Assembly: GCA_973895155.1 (NCBI GenBank)
Contig: OZ316892.1
Span: forward strand, 6,128,847-6,192,846
Reading direction: 5' to 3'
DNA length: 64,000 nucleotides
From: Marsupella aquatica
Taxonomy: Eukaryota; Plantae; Marchantiophyta
Position numbers and translations under genes: made by a program
In this document: in pieces, positions 24,329-38,128 of the stretch
Layout of the letters: every line of letters starts with the position of its first letter
How positions within the stretch are numbered: the stretch's first letter is position 1
Notes under the pieces: generated by a model
What the model saw: only the letters and a program-made list of their open reading frames with translations
What the model was told of the DNA's origin: nothing
Databases searched by the model: none

Positions 24329-25559
24329 CATAGTCAAGAACTTAACTAAGGTAAGGTGTGTCACTTACTACTATATTTACTAGTTAGACTTAGTTTGTGA
24401 GTGGAACTTTGATTCATTATTAGAGAATCATCTAAAAGATAGGAAAAGTTAGTCTTTTGAGACTCCTTATGGTAGACTCATTATGGCCGACAAGCCAACA
24501 GTTCAGTAAAACTTGTTTGTGTGTTCCCCTGACATTACCGCTAAAGAGGACAACCATGTATCTCATCTCTTGTGTTAACTATTTACTCGTCCAATGTTTC
24601 ACATATGCATGTTGTCGATGAGTGGTCTTTTGTTCAACAGAGACACAAGGCAAGGGAAGATTGTCATTATGACTATGTTGTCATTCCGGCCGTGCAGTCA
24701 GTGATGCAACCCCGAGTACAACAATATCCCATCACGAGGTGCACAAAAATGTAGAGATGAGGCAAACATTATTGTAACAACTAAGAAGTGTTGTTCTTTT
24801 GATTGTGTCTCTTTGCAGTCATGTTTGTGTGTTGTTTTGGTTTATGGGTGGTTGTTGTTACAAAATATTATCATTTTGGTCTGTGTTGTTGTGAAAATGT
24901 TCTTGTTTGGGAGGGCAAGGGTGAGGGTGTGGGTGTGGGGATGCAAGATGGGTGACCAGGCCAGGGTGTCGCAAAGTCCAAGCATGGTCCTGCGCTACTA
25001 TAGATAGCATTTGTTTTTTAATTCTTGTATCTTTTAAGTTTTTTAATTTGTAGTGTTTCCTAATATTATCTTTAATTATTTTTCATTGCAGGCAGGTTGA
25101 GGCAGGTGCAAGCAGCTCGGACAAAAAGGTGAGGGGGAGAGGTGTATGGGTGAATCTAACATTGCAACAACAAAAAAATGTTTCTTGGTGAATGGTTTGG
25201 ATTTGGTCCAACCTCTTTCCCTTTTTGTAAGCAGGCTATCCCTCTATTTTGAATGGATTGTTTATTGTAGTGTTTGATGGTAAGGAATTGGTATGAAAGG
25301 TCAGCAACTTTGCTCTAAATTACTATAATACTAATCCAAATACACTGAACCTCCCTTTTGTTCCTCTCCTTTACTTTGATTTTTCTAGGGCATTTGATGG
25401 GGACAAACTGCCTCATAATTTGTACTGTACTGTTGTTAAATGAAATGAAATTAACAAAATTGGACTAATAAGAACAGAGCTTTTCAGTCATAAAAAAGTT
25501 GAAGACTTACAAGCTCATGTGGGATCCAAAATGTTTTTGGTATGAAAGTATATATGTCA

Positions 25560-26040
25560 AACTACCAAAGAACAAAAGTGTCAAACCTGGAGACACAACC
25601 TCAAAGGCAAGAGACCCAATAAAGGGGTAAAGCAGCACAGGACAAACACCAGGAAGAGCAAAGAGCCAATAAGCCCATGAATCCCTATTTTGGCAAAGGA
25701 AATACCCCTATTGAGCAGTAAACTGAAAGGCCTGGTGAAGCTTTGGAGTGAAACGCATAGGAGGGTCACAAAAAGGGAAAAACCTACAGCCTCTGCCCTC
25801 CATGCCCTCCAAAGAGTAGCAAATGCTTATTAAGGCCTGGTAAAGCTTTGGAGTGAAATGCATAGGAGGGTCACAAAAAGGGAAAACCCAACAGCCTCTG
25901 CCCTCCAAAGAGTAGCAAATGCTTGATCCCTTTCTAGTGCAACAAGCACCCTCTGTGTAAATAAGGCAGCCAAGACAAGGGTAACAAGGAGCTATACTCA
26001 AATGAGATCCCAAAATGTAATTTTTATGACAGTCAAGCAA
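25560..26040 (-). repeat. Dispersed LINE-3'-end-like repeat with an internal ~105-bp duplication
   Basis: AAACCTGGAGACA..CAAAGGCAA..ACCCAAT is shared with 60985-61050 and, in reverse complement, with 41135-41175 and 47985-48025. GCATAGGAGGGTCAC (25757, 25860) matches the reverse complement of ~47795-47810 and ~48397-48412. Confidence 0.7.
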
Positions 26041-27082
26041 CTTTACTACATATCACTATCCACTTCCAAATACAGAAAGCCTCCAATTTGCTCCTAGTAC
26101 TAGCCCAATGCCACCCAGTAGCACTGTATTGTCCATTGTAAGTGATCCTCAACGGTTGTCATGCACACTGAAAAGGCCAGGCAAACACACCAGATAATCT
26201 CTGGGTCTTCTTATAGCAGTCATATTTTGCCCCGGATTTTGGTAGCCCATCAAGAACAATGTGTTGGGAGTGGTGTAAAATGAAAAATTTTGATTAGTAG
26301 AATAGACTCAGTTCTAAGGTTAGAAGAAGTTAGGTAGTTGGATTACACCTTATGTAGCTCTAACATGTCGTGTTGGAAACGTTCCACTTGCCATTATTTT
26401 GGATATTTGACATATGTTCCAAGACGACCAGAAAAGAACTGCAAAACTATCGAGTCTCCAGGTTTGACACTTTCTGTCTCAAAAATGTATGCGTTTTTTT
26501 GGCAGGTTAAGGTAACCCTAATCTTGCCACTTTCGATAATGCTTGACAAACCTTCGGATGATGGATATTTGCAAGATTGAAAATGAATGGACTTACAATC
26601 CATGCCTGGTACCATCTCTTTGCAGCTTCAATTAATGACATTAAAAATGAGGCCACCAACAAAGCCCAAAGAGGGCTACAGTGGTGGTTGTGTCCAATTT
26701 TTTCTAGAAAATAAAACATACCAGTGGTATGAAATTGCCGCACCAATTCCTAAACGACAGCACGTCTGCTCTTCACTCGCTCTTCCTGCTCCTAGGAGAA
26801 TACAGGGAGCGCTCCTCTCTACTCTCAATCTAACAGCTGTTTAGAACAGCTTTCTTACAAACCTTCAAGATCCATGCCTCCTATTTCTCAGGCCTTGGAA
26901 CAAGATTCCAGACTAAGGTTGACAGATGTGAGCGGCGCAATATGCACTTTGTCAAAATCGGGCATCATACTTACAAAACAGGTTCTGAAAGGCAAATAAG
27001 TATTTGAGCTGTCCCATTCGTTTTACTCCGACATTTGAGAGCATGAGGCTCTACCACTTGGAGAAAACTAATACGTTCAGTT

Positions 27083-30000
27083 CTAGGACTCCTGTGCAGG
27101 ATTGGCTACTCCCCCAATTTGTTCATCATATGATGGAACAGGTCCTGAAATAGCTGCGAGGTCAAGACTGGCTGACATTCCAGGTAATTCTCTCTTTCGA
27201 ATTTCTATCGGACCGCCAGGTTCATCATTAAACTTCTTCCGCAAAAGTTCAACAGTCATGAAGGTTAGACCAGCTGCTGGCACATACCACATAACTCTTG
27301 GAACTGATCCCCTGAAGAGCCCTGCGACTTTTTCTTCCCTCCAGATTGTCTGAAAGGCATCAAGCCAGCCCTTGTAGCTGAGCAACAAAAGCCAACGACT
27401 CTTTTCAGTGAGAACTTGTTGAAAAAAAGCAATCAGAAATGGATGCATGAATAAGCCGTACTGAAATCTCCCAAGGAAAATCGAAACATTACGAAGTTCA
27501 AGGAAGACAATCTGTCCGGGCATACCGAACGTTAGTTCCTTGAACTTGAAGTCTTGTTTTCACAACATCCAAGGGAGTGCATATAAACGCACTGATACCT
27601 GGTGCACAGGGACAAGTGCACAAAATGAGTACCTCAGTGGCCCTCCGAAGGCAAAGAAGGAAACTCAAGCCCAACGTTGCTTAAATGTTCGTCTTTCGTG
27701 ATCATCAGTCTCCGAGCTACAGTAGTCCTCGGCTTACTGGATTCATATTAATGGAAAGGAAGACAGAGTACTACCAGATATGAATCAGCAAACGGATCCA
27801 TGAACATTGTTATTGAGCTTTCCAATCATCTGGACAAAGGCTAGTGTCTTGGAGCACAATTTTATCTGCATAGCCAGAAGACGATAGTATCGTCTAAAAT
27901 GGCAGCTAAATCTTAGTGACTTCAACAAGGCCGTACTAGATGATTTCGATGGCTAACATGACAAGCTGACACAAGAAGATCAGCCGTACAGAAAACACAG
28001 GAATATCATACCTCCAGCAACTCCTCCTAGTACAAGTTCTTCCAAGGAGTTGAATTCGCGTTTATTTGCGACTACTCCTGGCTGTGACCATTTTACATGA
28101 GCATGCTCCAGAGCCTTCCTGAACGCTTCGTAGAACATAATCTGGGACAATAAAATAAAGTCAGGGAACGCGAGACGCGCGACGCCTTGGCAGAAAGATC
28201 GAGTACAATAACCTTGCAGGAACCTTTCGTAATTACCTGGAAGCCTGCGAAAGGAACATCTCTTGCCAGGGTTGACATGTATCTGCAAAAGCGATTCCAT
28301 TGTCAGTTGATCAGAATTTGAGAGAAAGGGGCTTCCTCATGATACGAACCCCGACATGAAATCTTCAGGGGGCCCAAGAACATGGTTAAAGCTTAGCAAG
28401 TCACAGAAGAAGGACCAGTCAAAGTCAAGCATGACGACGAGAATTCAGATTCACTTACCCAGCATACAGGCCCCTTACGCCCTCCTGTCGGATTATACAT
28501 TTCCCCGCACTGAATAAGCCAGTGTAATACTGTTGCCCTCCAGGTGTTTTATTCAATTTCGAAGCAGACAGGAAGGCCTTTTTACTACCCTGAATTTGCA
28601 TTCGTTGCTTGATAACTTCACACGGAACATATATCACTGACCCTATAGTATCACCTGAAAGCCACAAAGGATCGCGGCAAATCAGTTGGCTTGTCTTGTA
28701 TTTCTATTAAAATGAAAAACTTTCTTAAACTAGCACTCTATGTTACACCGTGAAGGAGCTTTAAACAGAGTGATCTCCACTCCCATCTAGTCTTGTTTGG
28801 TGTATACTTCTGTAAACGTGTCAAACCATTATCAAAATAGACTGAAAAAGATCCACCGCTCCATGTTACTCGTACCCGAGATTCTGAGATACATCTGGCT
28901 AATCTTGCGTTGCCTTACTCTTATTGGGACAACAAATTTCTGCACGCTCTTCAGGGGAGGAACAAAAATAACCTCATGAAAAATGTTCAATAGAGTCGTA
29001 ACCAGGTAAGTTTGATCAATCATGGCCATCATTCCGCATCGCAATGCTTATAGCAGTAAATAGGAAAGTCAGTAAGTTTGCATAAACCGTACCAGCTGCC
29101 CCAGCTATAAAGTGAGTCCAAGGCCCAGCTAAATTTGGATTGTGTTGTTCCAGCCATTCCTTACTGCCTTCTATGAATCCAAAATAAGTGGCACCAGTTA
29201 TAAATGAGCCCGTAATTCCGGGCACAACCCCTCTATAGAACCCTGCATGCGGGCCACCAAGAATATGTTATTCAAATCAGGACAGCAGAGAACAGTATCA
29301 AATGTTCTACTACCCCATTGACTGAACACACACAAATTTTGGAAGCCGAATAAGACCTTCAAGATGTGTAAAGTAACCTCCTATATCAGGTAAAGCCAAG
29401 TTCCTAGCCAGACGAACGAGCAATAGTAGTCCATAATAGCTTTCGGTTCTCAAGTATATAAGTAACAAGGTAGTGCAGACCACTTGTTGTGATGTTACTA
29501 ATAAATTAAAGATTCACCCACCTCGGAGACCGTCTTCCGAAAGCACTGCTTTGAAAACTTGCCCTATGTCACTGGGTCTCTGAAAACCACAACAACCCAA
29601 ACAAAACAAAAATCCGAGTATGAATAAGCGGGTGTTTTTCAATTTCATCCCATGTTCCTACATTGTATTGGAAGCTTGGTACCCCTATCAGTTTGGCATG
29701 GTCCATCTAACAAATCGCAATAACCAAGCCCATGTACAACAATGTTGACCACCCGGTAGGTCACACCGATCCTTCGTCTTTTGAGGCAATGAACCTACCT
29801 CCCTTACCACATAATTCTGCAAGGAAACCTAAACATAAGTTGCAAAGGAACATCGCATCTGAATAAAAGATTGAGGTACGGCATCGAAAAAATTGAGACA
29901 ATGTCGCTCCTCCGTTCAGGCCATGAAAACGACGATCTTCGACAGATTCCGTGTGCTCGGCAAACCAGTCACTCTGCTTCAGTCCCACCAAAGCCATGCA

Positions 30001-30162
30001 ATTTCAAAATCTAGAGCACCACATCGACCAGTATACCTGGACAGACAATCCGATTGGGCCCCCGCTCTGCAACCGGGTCTTGAGAGTGTCCACAGGGTGC
30101 ATCAACGTTTCCCCAATCACGCCGGCCAGCCCGCCCCATAAGAATTCCCACCAGCCATTCAT
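27083..30162 (-). CDS. Mitochondrial substrate carrier family protein (At1g74240 / yeast Mme1-like), 8 exons, ~357 aa
   Basis: Exons 30162-30037, 29579-29522, 29242-29093, 28654-28459, 28282-28237, 28141-28012, 27598-27526, 27377-27083 (1074 nt, all GT-AG, phases consistent). Three carrier signatures Px[DE]xx[KR]xR: HPVDTLKTRLQ, VPCEVIKQRMQ, TPLDVVKTRLQ. Also STLARDVPFAG and FRGSVPRVMWYVP. The start ATG was chosen because an in-frame TGA lies upstream (30189-30187). Confidence 0.92.
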
Positions 30163-30837
30163 GGCGGATGAAGAAGAGATCCCGCTTCACTTCTTCTCTT
30201 CTTCCATACACTCCGTCCAGATGGGATCTTCAACATTCATGGCAAGGAATCGATGATTTCGTCAGTCTAAGTAATTCTCTGCTTCCACTGCGCGTCATCC
30301 GCCTCGTCCATAGTCCACACGATTTCCAACCAATCCAATTACCGGACCTCAGCCTGCATGAGACCCTCGCGCCAGGTCCCTGCTCGATTCCAGAGCTCTC
30401 CAACGGGTAAAACCAGCAATGCACTCCCAGGATGGAACAGAAGAAGCAAGAGATTCAGGGTTTAAAAGAGTCAATCAATGCATGCGGTCTGCTAGCCGAG
30501 TGGACAATCAAGGTGACATCGAATCGAATCCAACTTGAGGAAGAAAATCGTCAGCCAACTGAAAGACTTGCGGTGTACGATGTCTCCATCTCTTTGGTTC
30601 GTTGAAAGCCTTTTGGAGAGAGAGAGAGCGCCTTGCTCCAGGGTGGCGTGCAACACCATGTGACAAAGCAGCGAGCAGCACGAAGCCACGACAAATGCAA
30701 CCAAATTCAGGAGGTCAGCCAAGGAGCAAGGCGATGGTAGTGTGGGGTGCAGGATGAATACTGAAGGAATGGAATGGAATCAGGGGACAAGCAAGGTTTG
30801 GGGTTTACGCGTGTTAGGGTTCGGCCGAGTGCAGTTT

Positions 30838-31030
30838 GTCTTACACCTTACAGTGTCGAAATTCGATATGTGTCGTTTCTTTTCAATCTCAATATGTTAG
30901 TCTAGGCAAAGTAAAGTGATGATCCCATGGAGGGAGCCATATGTCTTACACCTTACAGTGTCAATTTTCAACATGTGCTTCTTCTGGTCAATATCAATAT
31001 GTTATTCTAGACAAGGAAATGGTATGGACC
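30838..31030. repeat. Tandem duplication, ~105-bp period, upstream of the carrier gene
   Basis: GTCTTACACCTTACAGTGTC occurs at 30838 and 30943, each followed by TCAATATGTTA.TCTAG. Confidence 0.85.
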
Positions 31031-32139
31031 CCCCAAGTGAAACATGAAACCCCACTGTGACACCTTTTACACCTTCACTCATTGACACCCATAGAGCAAA
31101 GTTTGACCTTCAAATATCTGAGTTCATATGAAGTAGCTTGCCTTGGGCTAGTTAAAGGAGTTTTGGGAAATGTCTAATATCTCTAGCTTTCATGAAGTAT
31201 TGAGTTATGAATTCTTAAAGATTACTCCTATCTATCGTCGTCTACACTCTGAGCTCCCCAACCTAAGTTTTTGAGTTAGTAGTTAACGTTGACATTTAGT
31301 ATCTCACTTGCATGGAATCTATTTGGGGGGGGGGGGGGGATTTGCTAGAATGGAAGGATGATTCCAATAAGGCTCATACAGTCACATCTATGGATTCCAA
31401 ATATGACTATCTTGTTTTCTTGCCATATTTCACTCACAGTTGTAATATGTACATATGAGCAGAAAAGAGGGTCTTGCTGCAGTCCATCCCAGTTGTCAAA
31501 GTCTAACCAAGGATTTAACAAATGTGTAGGTCTATCCAGGCTTCATATCCTAGGCAAGGCACTCAAAACTATACATTAGGGGGCGTCAGTAAAGAGGCTG
31601 CAAAAATGTTGACTCCTTCACAAATCTCTTGGGCTTTCTATGTTCAGGGATCCCAAATTTTAAAATTTGCCACAACCAGCACATGACGGGAGTAGGGGTA
31701 TTCTCAAAATTGGAAATGTGAGGTAAATGCAGGCAATGTGGGTGAAGATATAGTCCTTTTGCACACTCATCCCCATAGATCAGCTACTAGGAGAGGTAGA
31801 GACTCTGCTAGTTTTGAAGTGATATAGTTGTGGAAACATATGGATTCCAGCCCATTGCTATGTACTCATTTTTGGAGGCAAGTTTCAGATATTTTAAATG
31901 CTGCACACAGAAGTGATAGGGCTCCCAGAAACATGGAAACAATTCATCCATGTTCAACATGGCATCCCATGCATGTAGTCCTGCAGCTCTGTGTAATGGC
32001 TTCAATTCATCCCTCCTAATTTGGAACTCTAAGTGTGACAATATCTGGAGTGCCCAGTGCAACAACATCACATCAAGCACCATATACGTCAATCAACACA
32101 GTGCAGTGTTGTGGTGCAGTTGGCAGTCGGGGTTCGTAC

Positions 32140-32495
32140 TAATCAAGGTACTAAGCTCAGGACTGAGGATTATCCCAAAATTCTTGATTATTTAGAGGTC
32201 TACGAATATTGCAATGTTGTCCATATATGGTACTGGTAAGAAAATAGGGATTGGAGGTGGCTACCAATCCAAGATATTTGTATTCACAGGTATGCATGGC
32301 AACATTGTTGGGTGATTATGGATTGTGCCAACCTTGGGAAGAGATTTGCAAGCTAGGTACCTTGACATGTACCGGAACCGGAACGTGTTGCAAGTCAAAA
32401 GCCAAGGTCACTAAGGAGGAGTTCATGTTAGGGCAGACCACGAAAGGAAAATTGGAGAAAATGTGTCAAGCTTTCTAGAATGCACCTTGGAATGC
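32140..32495 (+). mobile_element. Degenerate transposon-associated DNA-binding ORF relic (possible Harbinger ORF1 / Myb-SANT-like)
   Basis: Frameshifted fragments LRTEDYPKILDYLEV, GTGKKIGIGGGYQSK, MATLL and VTKEEFMLGQTTKGKLEKMC. The family assignment is from recall only. Confidence 0.4.
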
Positions 32496-35384
32496 ACACG
32501 TCATACAAAGAAAGTGCAAGTGTGGCGTGACATTGGGTTTTATCAAGTAGAGAGTGATTGACAAACCTAGGAGGAGACTGGGGCCTCACTCTAAGGTAGG
32601 TCCCATATCACGCGCAAAGTTTTCAAATAATAAACACCCTACAACTTAAGTAGATTTTTACTTTTATTTAACCACTAACTTTATGGAATATTCCAGGAAT
32701 ATTCCAAATTTTGGTATTAAAACCCTATACTGCTTATAATTCTTTGGATTAAAACACCCCTATTTTTCTTCAACAAAAATTTCAAAGTCTTTTGCCCAAT
32801 TGAATTTAACAAACCTCTAACTTCTTTTTGCGCAGTGGGTCGAAAGAAGAAAAGTGACAAAACCCTGGGAGACTTATGATGGCACCAAGATTGAGAGAGA
32901 TAATGACTGGATGGGTAATCTTGCCAACCCATGTTATGCTTAGTGCATCAATTATTTTTCAAGTAATGTAAATTTTGTGAAGAAGATGTGGGGTTGCCTG
33001 TTTTTTGTCAATTTCATTCATCATGTGACATGGGGTTGCTTTGTTTGATGGTGAATTTCAATTTTACTAACAAATGCCAAATTTGGTAATACAAAGTCAC
33101 CAGTTGAGGTAGATGATGATGACAAGAGTGCAGCTCCCAAGATTTGCCCCGGGGCATAGACAGGAGGATGCCTACCACAGGTAGCTCTTGTGCAACACAA
33201 GAGTGCAGCTCCCATACTCTAGGCTAAGCCCATAATTCAGTCCAACCACCTCCATCATTGCCACTTGAATCCCAGGGTACTTCATCTAGCTATCAATGGC
33301 TTAACCCAAAACTTGGCCTATGGAAAGGGGAACTGGGAGGGGAACAAGACATTAACAGCAGTAGCAATATAGTGTCGTTGTCATCTGGCTCGGAGGATAT
33401 CAATGGTGCACTCCCTCTATTACCTGGTCCAGGACCTGCTCTCCTTCAAGTTTGACATGATCAACTTCCCCAAGACCAGTTACGGGTTCTTCTTCTAGCA
33501 TTAAGTAATTCTATGAGGAAATTTTTTAAGACTTGTATGTCGTCTTTGAGTTACTTTGGGAATCATTTGACCAAGTTCACCACACAAATGACAAATACAC
33601 TTGCTCTTTTCAAAAGACTAGGTGGATTCAAGTTGGGATTTGGTTCTTGGCCGACCCCATAATCAAGGGAAGCACCTTGGTCAATACTAGAAGGAGGTAC
33701 AGCCCTAATTCTACCGCTAAATATTTCTCCCATCTGGTCCTTTTTGGCATGCAATCTCCTGGTAACATCCGGGATCATTCTATATCCGTATACATTTTGA
33801 GAGCATTGATATCTGCATGTGCAACAGACAAGGGTCGGGAAGTTCTCTCCATCACTGATGCTACAGCCCTAACTCTCGCCCTAACTTGCCTTGCCACTCA
33901 CACAAGCTGCCTATTGACTCCACCCGACACCTTCATAGATGAAATTATGGCTCAGACAGCACCAGAGCTTGGGCTTCCTCAAACTGGCTCAAGGAATTGC
34001 AACCTATATACACACACAAGCTGCACAAACAGATCAAAGTTAGTCAGTAATTGAGATCGAGTAAAGCCTAGCTTATCGCACAAACAAATCTTATGCATTG
34101 TACTTTGTGAGCTTGAGAACCGAGACTTCGAGAGGCCAGTGGCTAGCGATCGATAGGAGCTAAACTCATTGTAAAGCATCAGCTGTAGCCTTACACCCAT
34201 GGACCAACATATATAGCATTGGCTGCAACATGGGATACAAACTATTGCAATTGGAAAACTTGATCACAACAAAGTACTAAGACTTAATTATCATATATAA
34301 CGTAATCAAGCTAGGACTAGACATCCAGGCCTTCAACATTAAAGACTCCTGGAAACTAAAAACAAAAGAGAATGATTGAGACAGAAAATCATACATACCT
34401 TCATATTCATCATATACAATAGAGTAACTACATTATTTCATGCACATCATTCAATCATGCATCACGACGTAACTACTCAAAATTCTAAAACTAGCTTTTG
34501 TCACAGAGAACATAAACCTGCAGGTACCTGTAATACTTGGTTGTGTTTGAGGCGATTCTTTGATAGTTTAAAAGTTGTTTCAGTCTCAAAGAAGTACAAG
34601 CCTCCAAATCTTGAAATATGCACATGCACAACCAGTACAAGCCTCCAAATCCTAAAATATGCACACAAACCAATGGTTACCATAAATTATATCGAAAGGT
34701 AGTCGAGGTCCATTAGCTTAGCATGTAGGGTTTATTGAAGATATCTTCTAGAGAAACATAGTCCTCAAGCCTAGATATAGCCCTTTCCACTGTAGCACTT
34801 TATAATATGGCACCTAAGTTACACCTTGTACCACCCACATTGGTCAGGACTTTATTGCAAATCATTATTCTGCCCATACTCGCATAGGACTCTCAAAAGT
34901 AAGATTACCAGAGAATTGTGTATCTCTTTCAATATATTTTGTCATGTATTGAACCTGATCAAAACCAAGAAAATGTATGGAATCTGACAGCCTCTAGCAG
35001 AGTTACCACAAACTCATTTTGAAGGCATACTTTGCATATGTCCAAAATTTCAAAATCCTCAATGGCTTTGGCTTTAATTTTTCCTCTGAAATTTTTTGCA
35101 ATTCAAGGGCTTGGCTTGATCCATTACAACTTGAATCATTTGTAAGGACCAAACAATTCAACTCCAAAGAATTGAAACTTGCAAATATTGCTAACAAAAG
35201 CTCATTTGCCATATGTGCTAGTACAATGAGGACCACCAGCTTTGTTGATACTTGTCTTGTGCCTTCAGGTGTCTCATTCTTCGAGAAGTCAATCTTGTCA
35301 AGATGACTACAGACTGACTCTATCAGGTCGGCCAGGTCGGGAAAACTTAGTCATTGGAAGGAGGAAGGAGAGAGGAAGGTTGTG

Positions 35385-35875
35385 GAGAGTTCATGCAATG
35401 GCTCAGAAGGAGGTTGTACAATGGAAAGTGTTACATCAAGAGTTCATTGGAAACTGGACCAAATGGAAGTTCATCAAAGTTCATGGATATATTGCACAAC
35501 CTGAATGTTGTATATATTATCAAGAGTTCATTGGAAACAAAACCGACAGAGGAAGTTTATCAATCAGAAGGAGGATGGACAGCGGAATGCCTTACATCGA
35601 GAGCTCATTGGCCACAAGACCTACATAGGAAGTTCATCAATCACAAGCAGTAGGATGGACAGCGGAATGCCTTACATTGAGAGTTCATTGGCAACAAGAA
35701 CGACATAGGAAGTTCATCTATGACAAGGAGGATAGATAACGGAATGCCTTACATCGAGATATCATTAGAAATAGGACCGACAAAGGACTGAGGTTCAACG
35801 ATCATCAAGAGGGTAAACAACATAATGCCTTAAATTGATCTAGATTGAGTTCATTGAAAACACGATAGACAAAGG
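35385..35875. repeat. Degenerate tandem repeat, ~78-bp unit, ~6 copies
   Basis: GAG(T/C)TCATTGG..GGAAGTTCATC..GGATGGACAGCGGAATGCCTTACAT recurs. Confidence 0.85.
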
Positions 35876-37287
35876 AAGGGTGCTTATTTGGATAGTTACT
35901 ATGGTTGTTTCTATTTGACTACTTACATAACTGAGTTACTAATGGTTACTAAGTATTTAAATAATTAAATCACTGCACACTACAAATGCACACAAGTACT
36001 TTGGAACCCACGTACCCTAGTATGCTTCCCTCCTTCCGGGCCAAACACACCCCTCTATGTTTTTTTAGAGGAATGGTTGTGGCATTTTGGAGGTCATATA
36101 TGTTACTCTTCTTGACTCAAAATCTTGTTCAAGGCTGACATTAAAAGTATTGTAATAGCTTAATGAAGATGTGCCAAATTCAAGGCATTGGGTGAACTTT
36201 TTCAATTAATTTATTTGAGGTTTAGGAGTGGTTCAACTTTGCCTGTCCTATGTAAGTATGTTCATCTTATGGGTTACTAGCCCTTCACACCCACATTTCG
36301 TACTTTTTAGAGCAGACTAAACCGGTCTTGAAGTTGCTTCAATTTGGGAAAACCAGCTACTTAAGGAAGGCTTGCAGTCATTGCACATCTGAATGTTCTT
36401 TTTACAACTAACCTTGGGGACCTAAGTGCAAGTTCAAATACAAAAGTAGTCAGAAATGTTTCCACCAGGTGGCGCACAAAAGCTAGAAGCTAGTTGAAAC
36501 CGAATCCGTAAAAAAATACAAAAAAGTTTCCAGCATGTGGCATTTTTCTTGGATTCTCCTACCTAGCTAAAAATCACGAGTCCATGTTCTTATTAAACGT
36601 GCTTCAAGGCTAGTCTTATTCTCATTATAATGTGTGAGTGTGACTAATTGGCCCTTAAACCTAGCCTACATTTAATTGGGCGTTTAAACACATGCCACAC
36701 ATGCCACCCCTTGGATTTCCTGTAGCCAGCCGACCAGTACATACGTATTTTTCTCTTTCACTTTTGTTTGCATCGTGTGGAGGGAGAGAGTTTGGTTGTG
36801 GCCAAGTTGTCACTCCATATGTGAAGATGATCCCGGCCTCCTAGAGCAACCTTGTGCCTTCTGGCCTCACTATCTTATGCACATACTTAGAGAATGTACC
36901 TGATGTCAGCATATTAAGTTTCAGATATGATACTAGAGTAAATTATGGAGGTTGTGAGAACTACAGAGGTTGTGAGCATGCAAAATTGGCCTCACCATAC
37001 AATAGACAATTTAAATGAGACCAAATATGCTCTATAGTCATTTTTATAGCAACCCAATTGCATTCATGATAGTCATTCGTCCCTTTCCTTTTCAGAGTTA
37101 CTGTTGCACCCCCCCCAATTATTAGGTCCACCGGCCTCTTCTTGGGCACATTGTCCAGATTCACAGCAAGAATTGGTCCCTATCATTATTTTGCTTTCTG
37201 ACAAAAAAAAAGAAATCAGATTCATTACAAATTAAATACACATATAGAGTGTTATTTTTTAAGGAACTAAGTTTCAAATACACATGC

Positions 37288-37509
37288 TGACTCTATATGT
37301 GAGATCTACTCTCCAGGGCTTTCTAGTGTTGTTGTATATAGTATTTTGTTGACTCAAAGCCCATAGATCAAGCTTGAGTGGCCAGTTGATCATCTGAGGG
37401 TGACTCTATATGTGAGATCTACTCTCTAGGGATTTCTAGTACGTGTTGTTGTATATAGTATTATGTTGACTCTGAGCAACATAGATCAAGCTTGAGTGGC
37501 CAGTTGATC
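37288..37509. repeat. Tandem duplication, ~113-bp period
   Basis: TGACTCTATATGTGAGATCTACTCT...ATAGATCAAGCTTGAGTGGCCAGTTGATC occurs twice. Confidence 0.9.
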
Positions 37510-38128
37510 TTTTGAGGGTCCCTCTATAGAATGGATGCAAGCTTCCAAGTATTTTTGGGCTCAGCCTGGCATGGTTTCACCTTAGTTTGATTCTTGTACG
37601 GGGAGGTGTTAATAATATAGGTTGGAGGTATTATTTGTGTTTTTTTCCCTATTCTTTAGTATAGTCGCTCTAATTGAGTTGTCCTACTCTTGCGGCTATT
37701 AATAATTCAACTACCCTTGTCACTGGCTACTACTATTGTGCCTATTAGTCAGCTGCCTAATCAAATTTTGTTCTTATGTACCTAGATCTTTTACTTACAT
37801 GCTTTAATGAAGAGTGTACTCTCTAATAAAAAAAAATTTCATTAATATTACAAGTAACGAGAATCACTATTATTATAGTGGTTAATAGACATGAGTCTCT
37901 TACGTAGTTGCCGCTAGCTAGTATTTGTTGGAGCCTTGCATAGTATAGTTGTGAATAGGAAAGTTCATGAGGAGTGAACAGTCCCCAATTAACTCTGTTC
38001 ATATAGCGGGCCTAAAAGGGCAATCCTATGATGTTTTGGGTGGGTTAGTGGGCATGCCCAACCATATTTTTCTAATCACAAGAATCCCATTTGAAATTGC
38101 CATTAATGGACATGCATTAATTTCTTAG

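Noticed and set aside
31325-31339. Poly-G run
   Set aside because: A simple homopolymer with no supporting structure.
32500-34900. Possible LTR-retrotransposon gag/LTR remnant, including the 173-aa ORF at 33533-34054
   Set aside because: It looks transposon-derived, but I found no clear PBS, paired LTRs or RT/integrase motifs, so it is not called.
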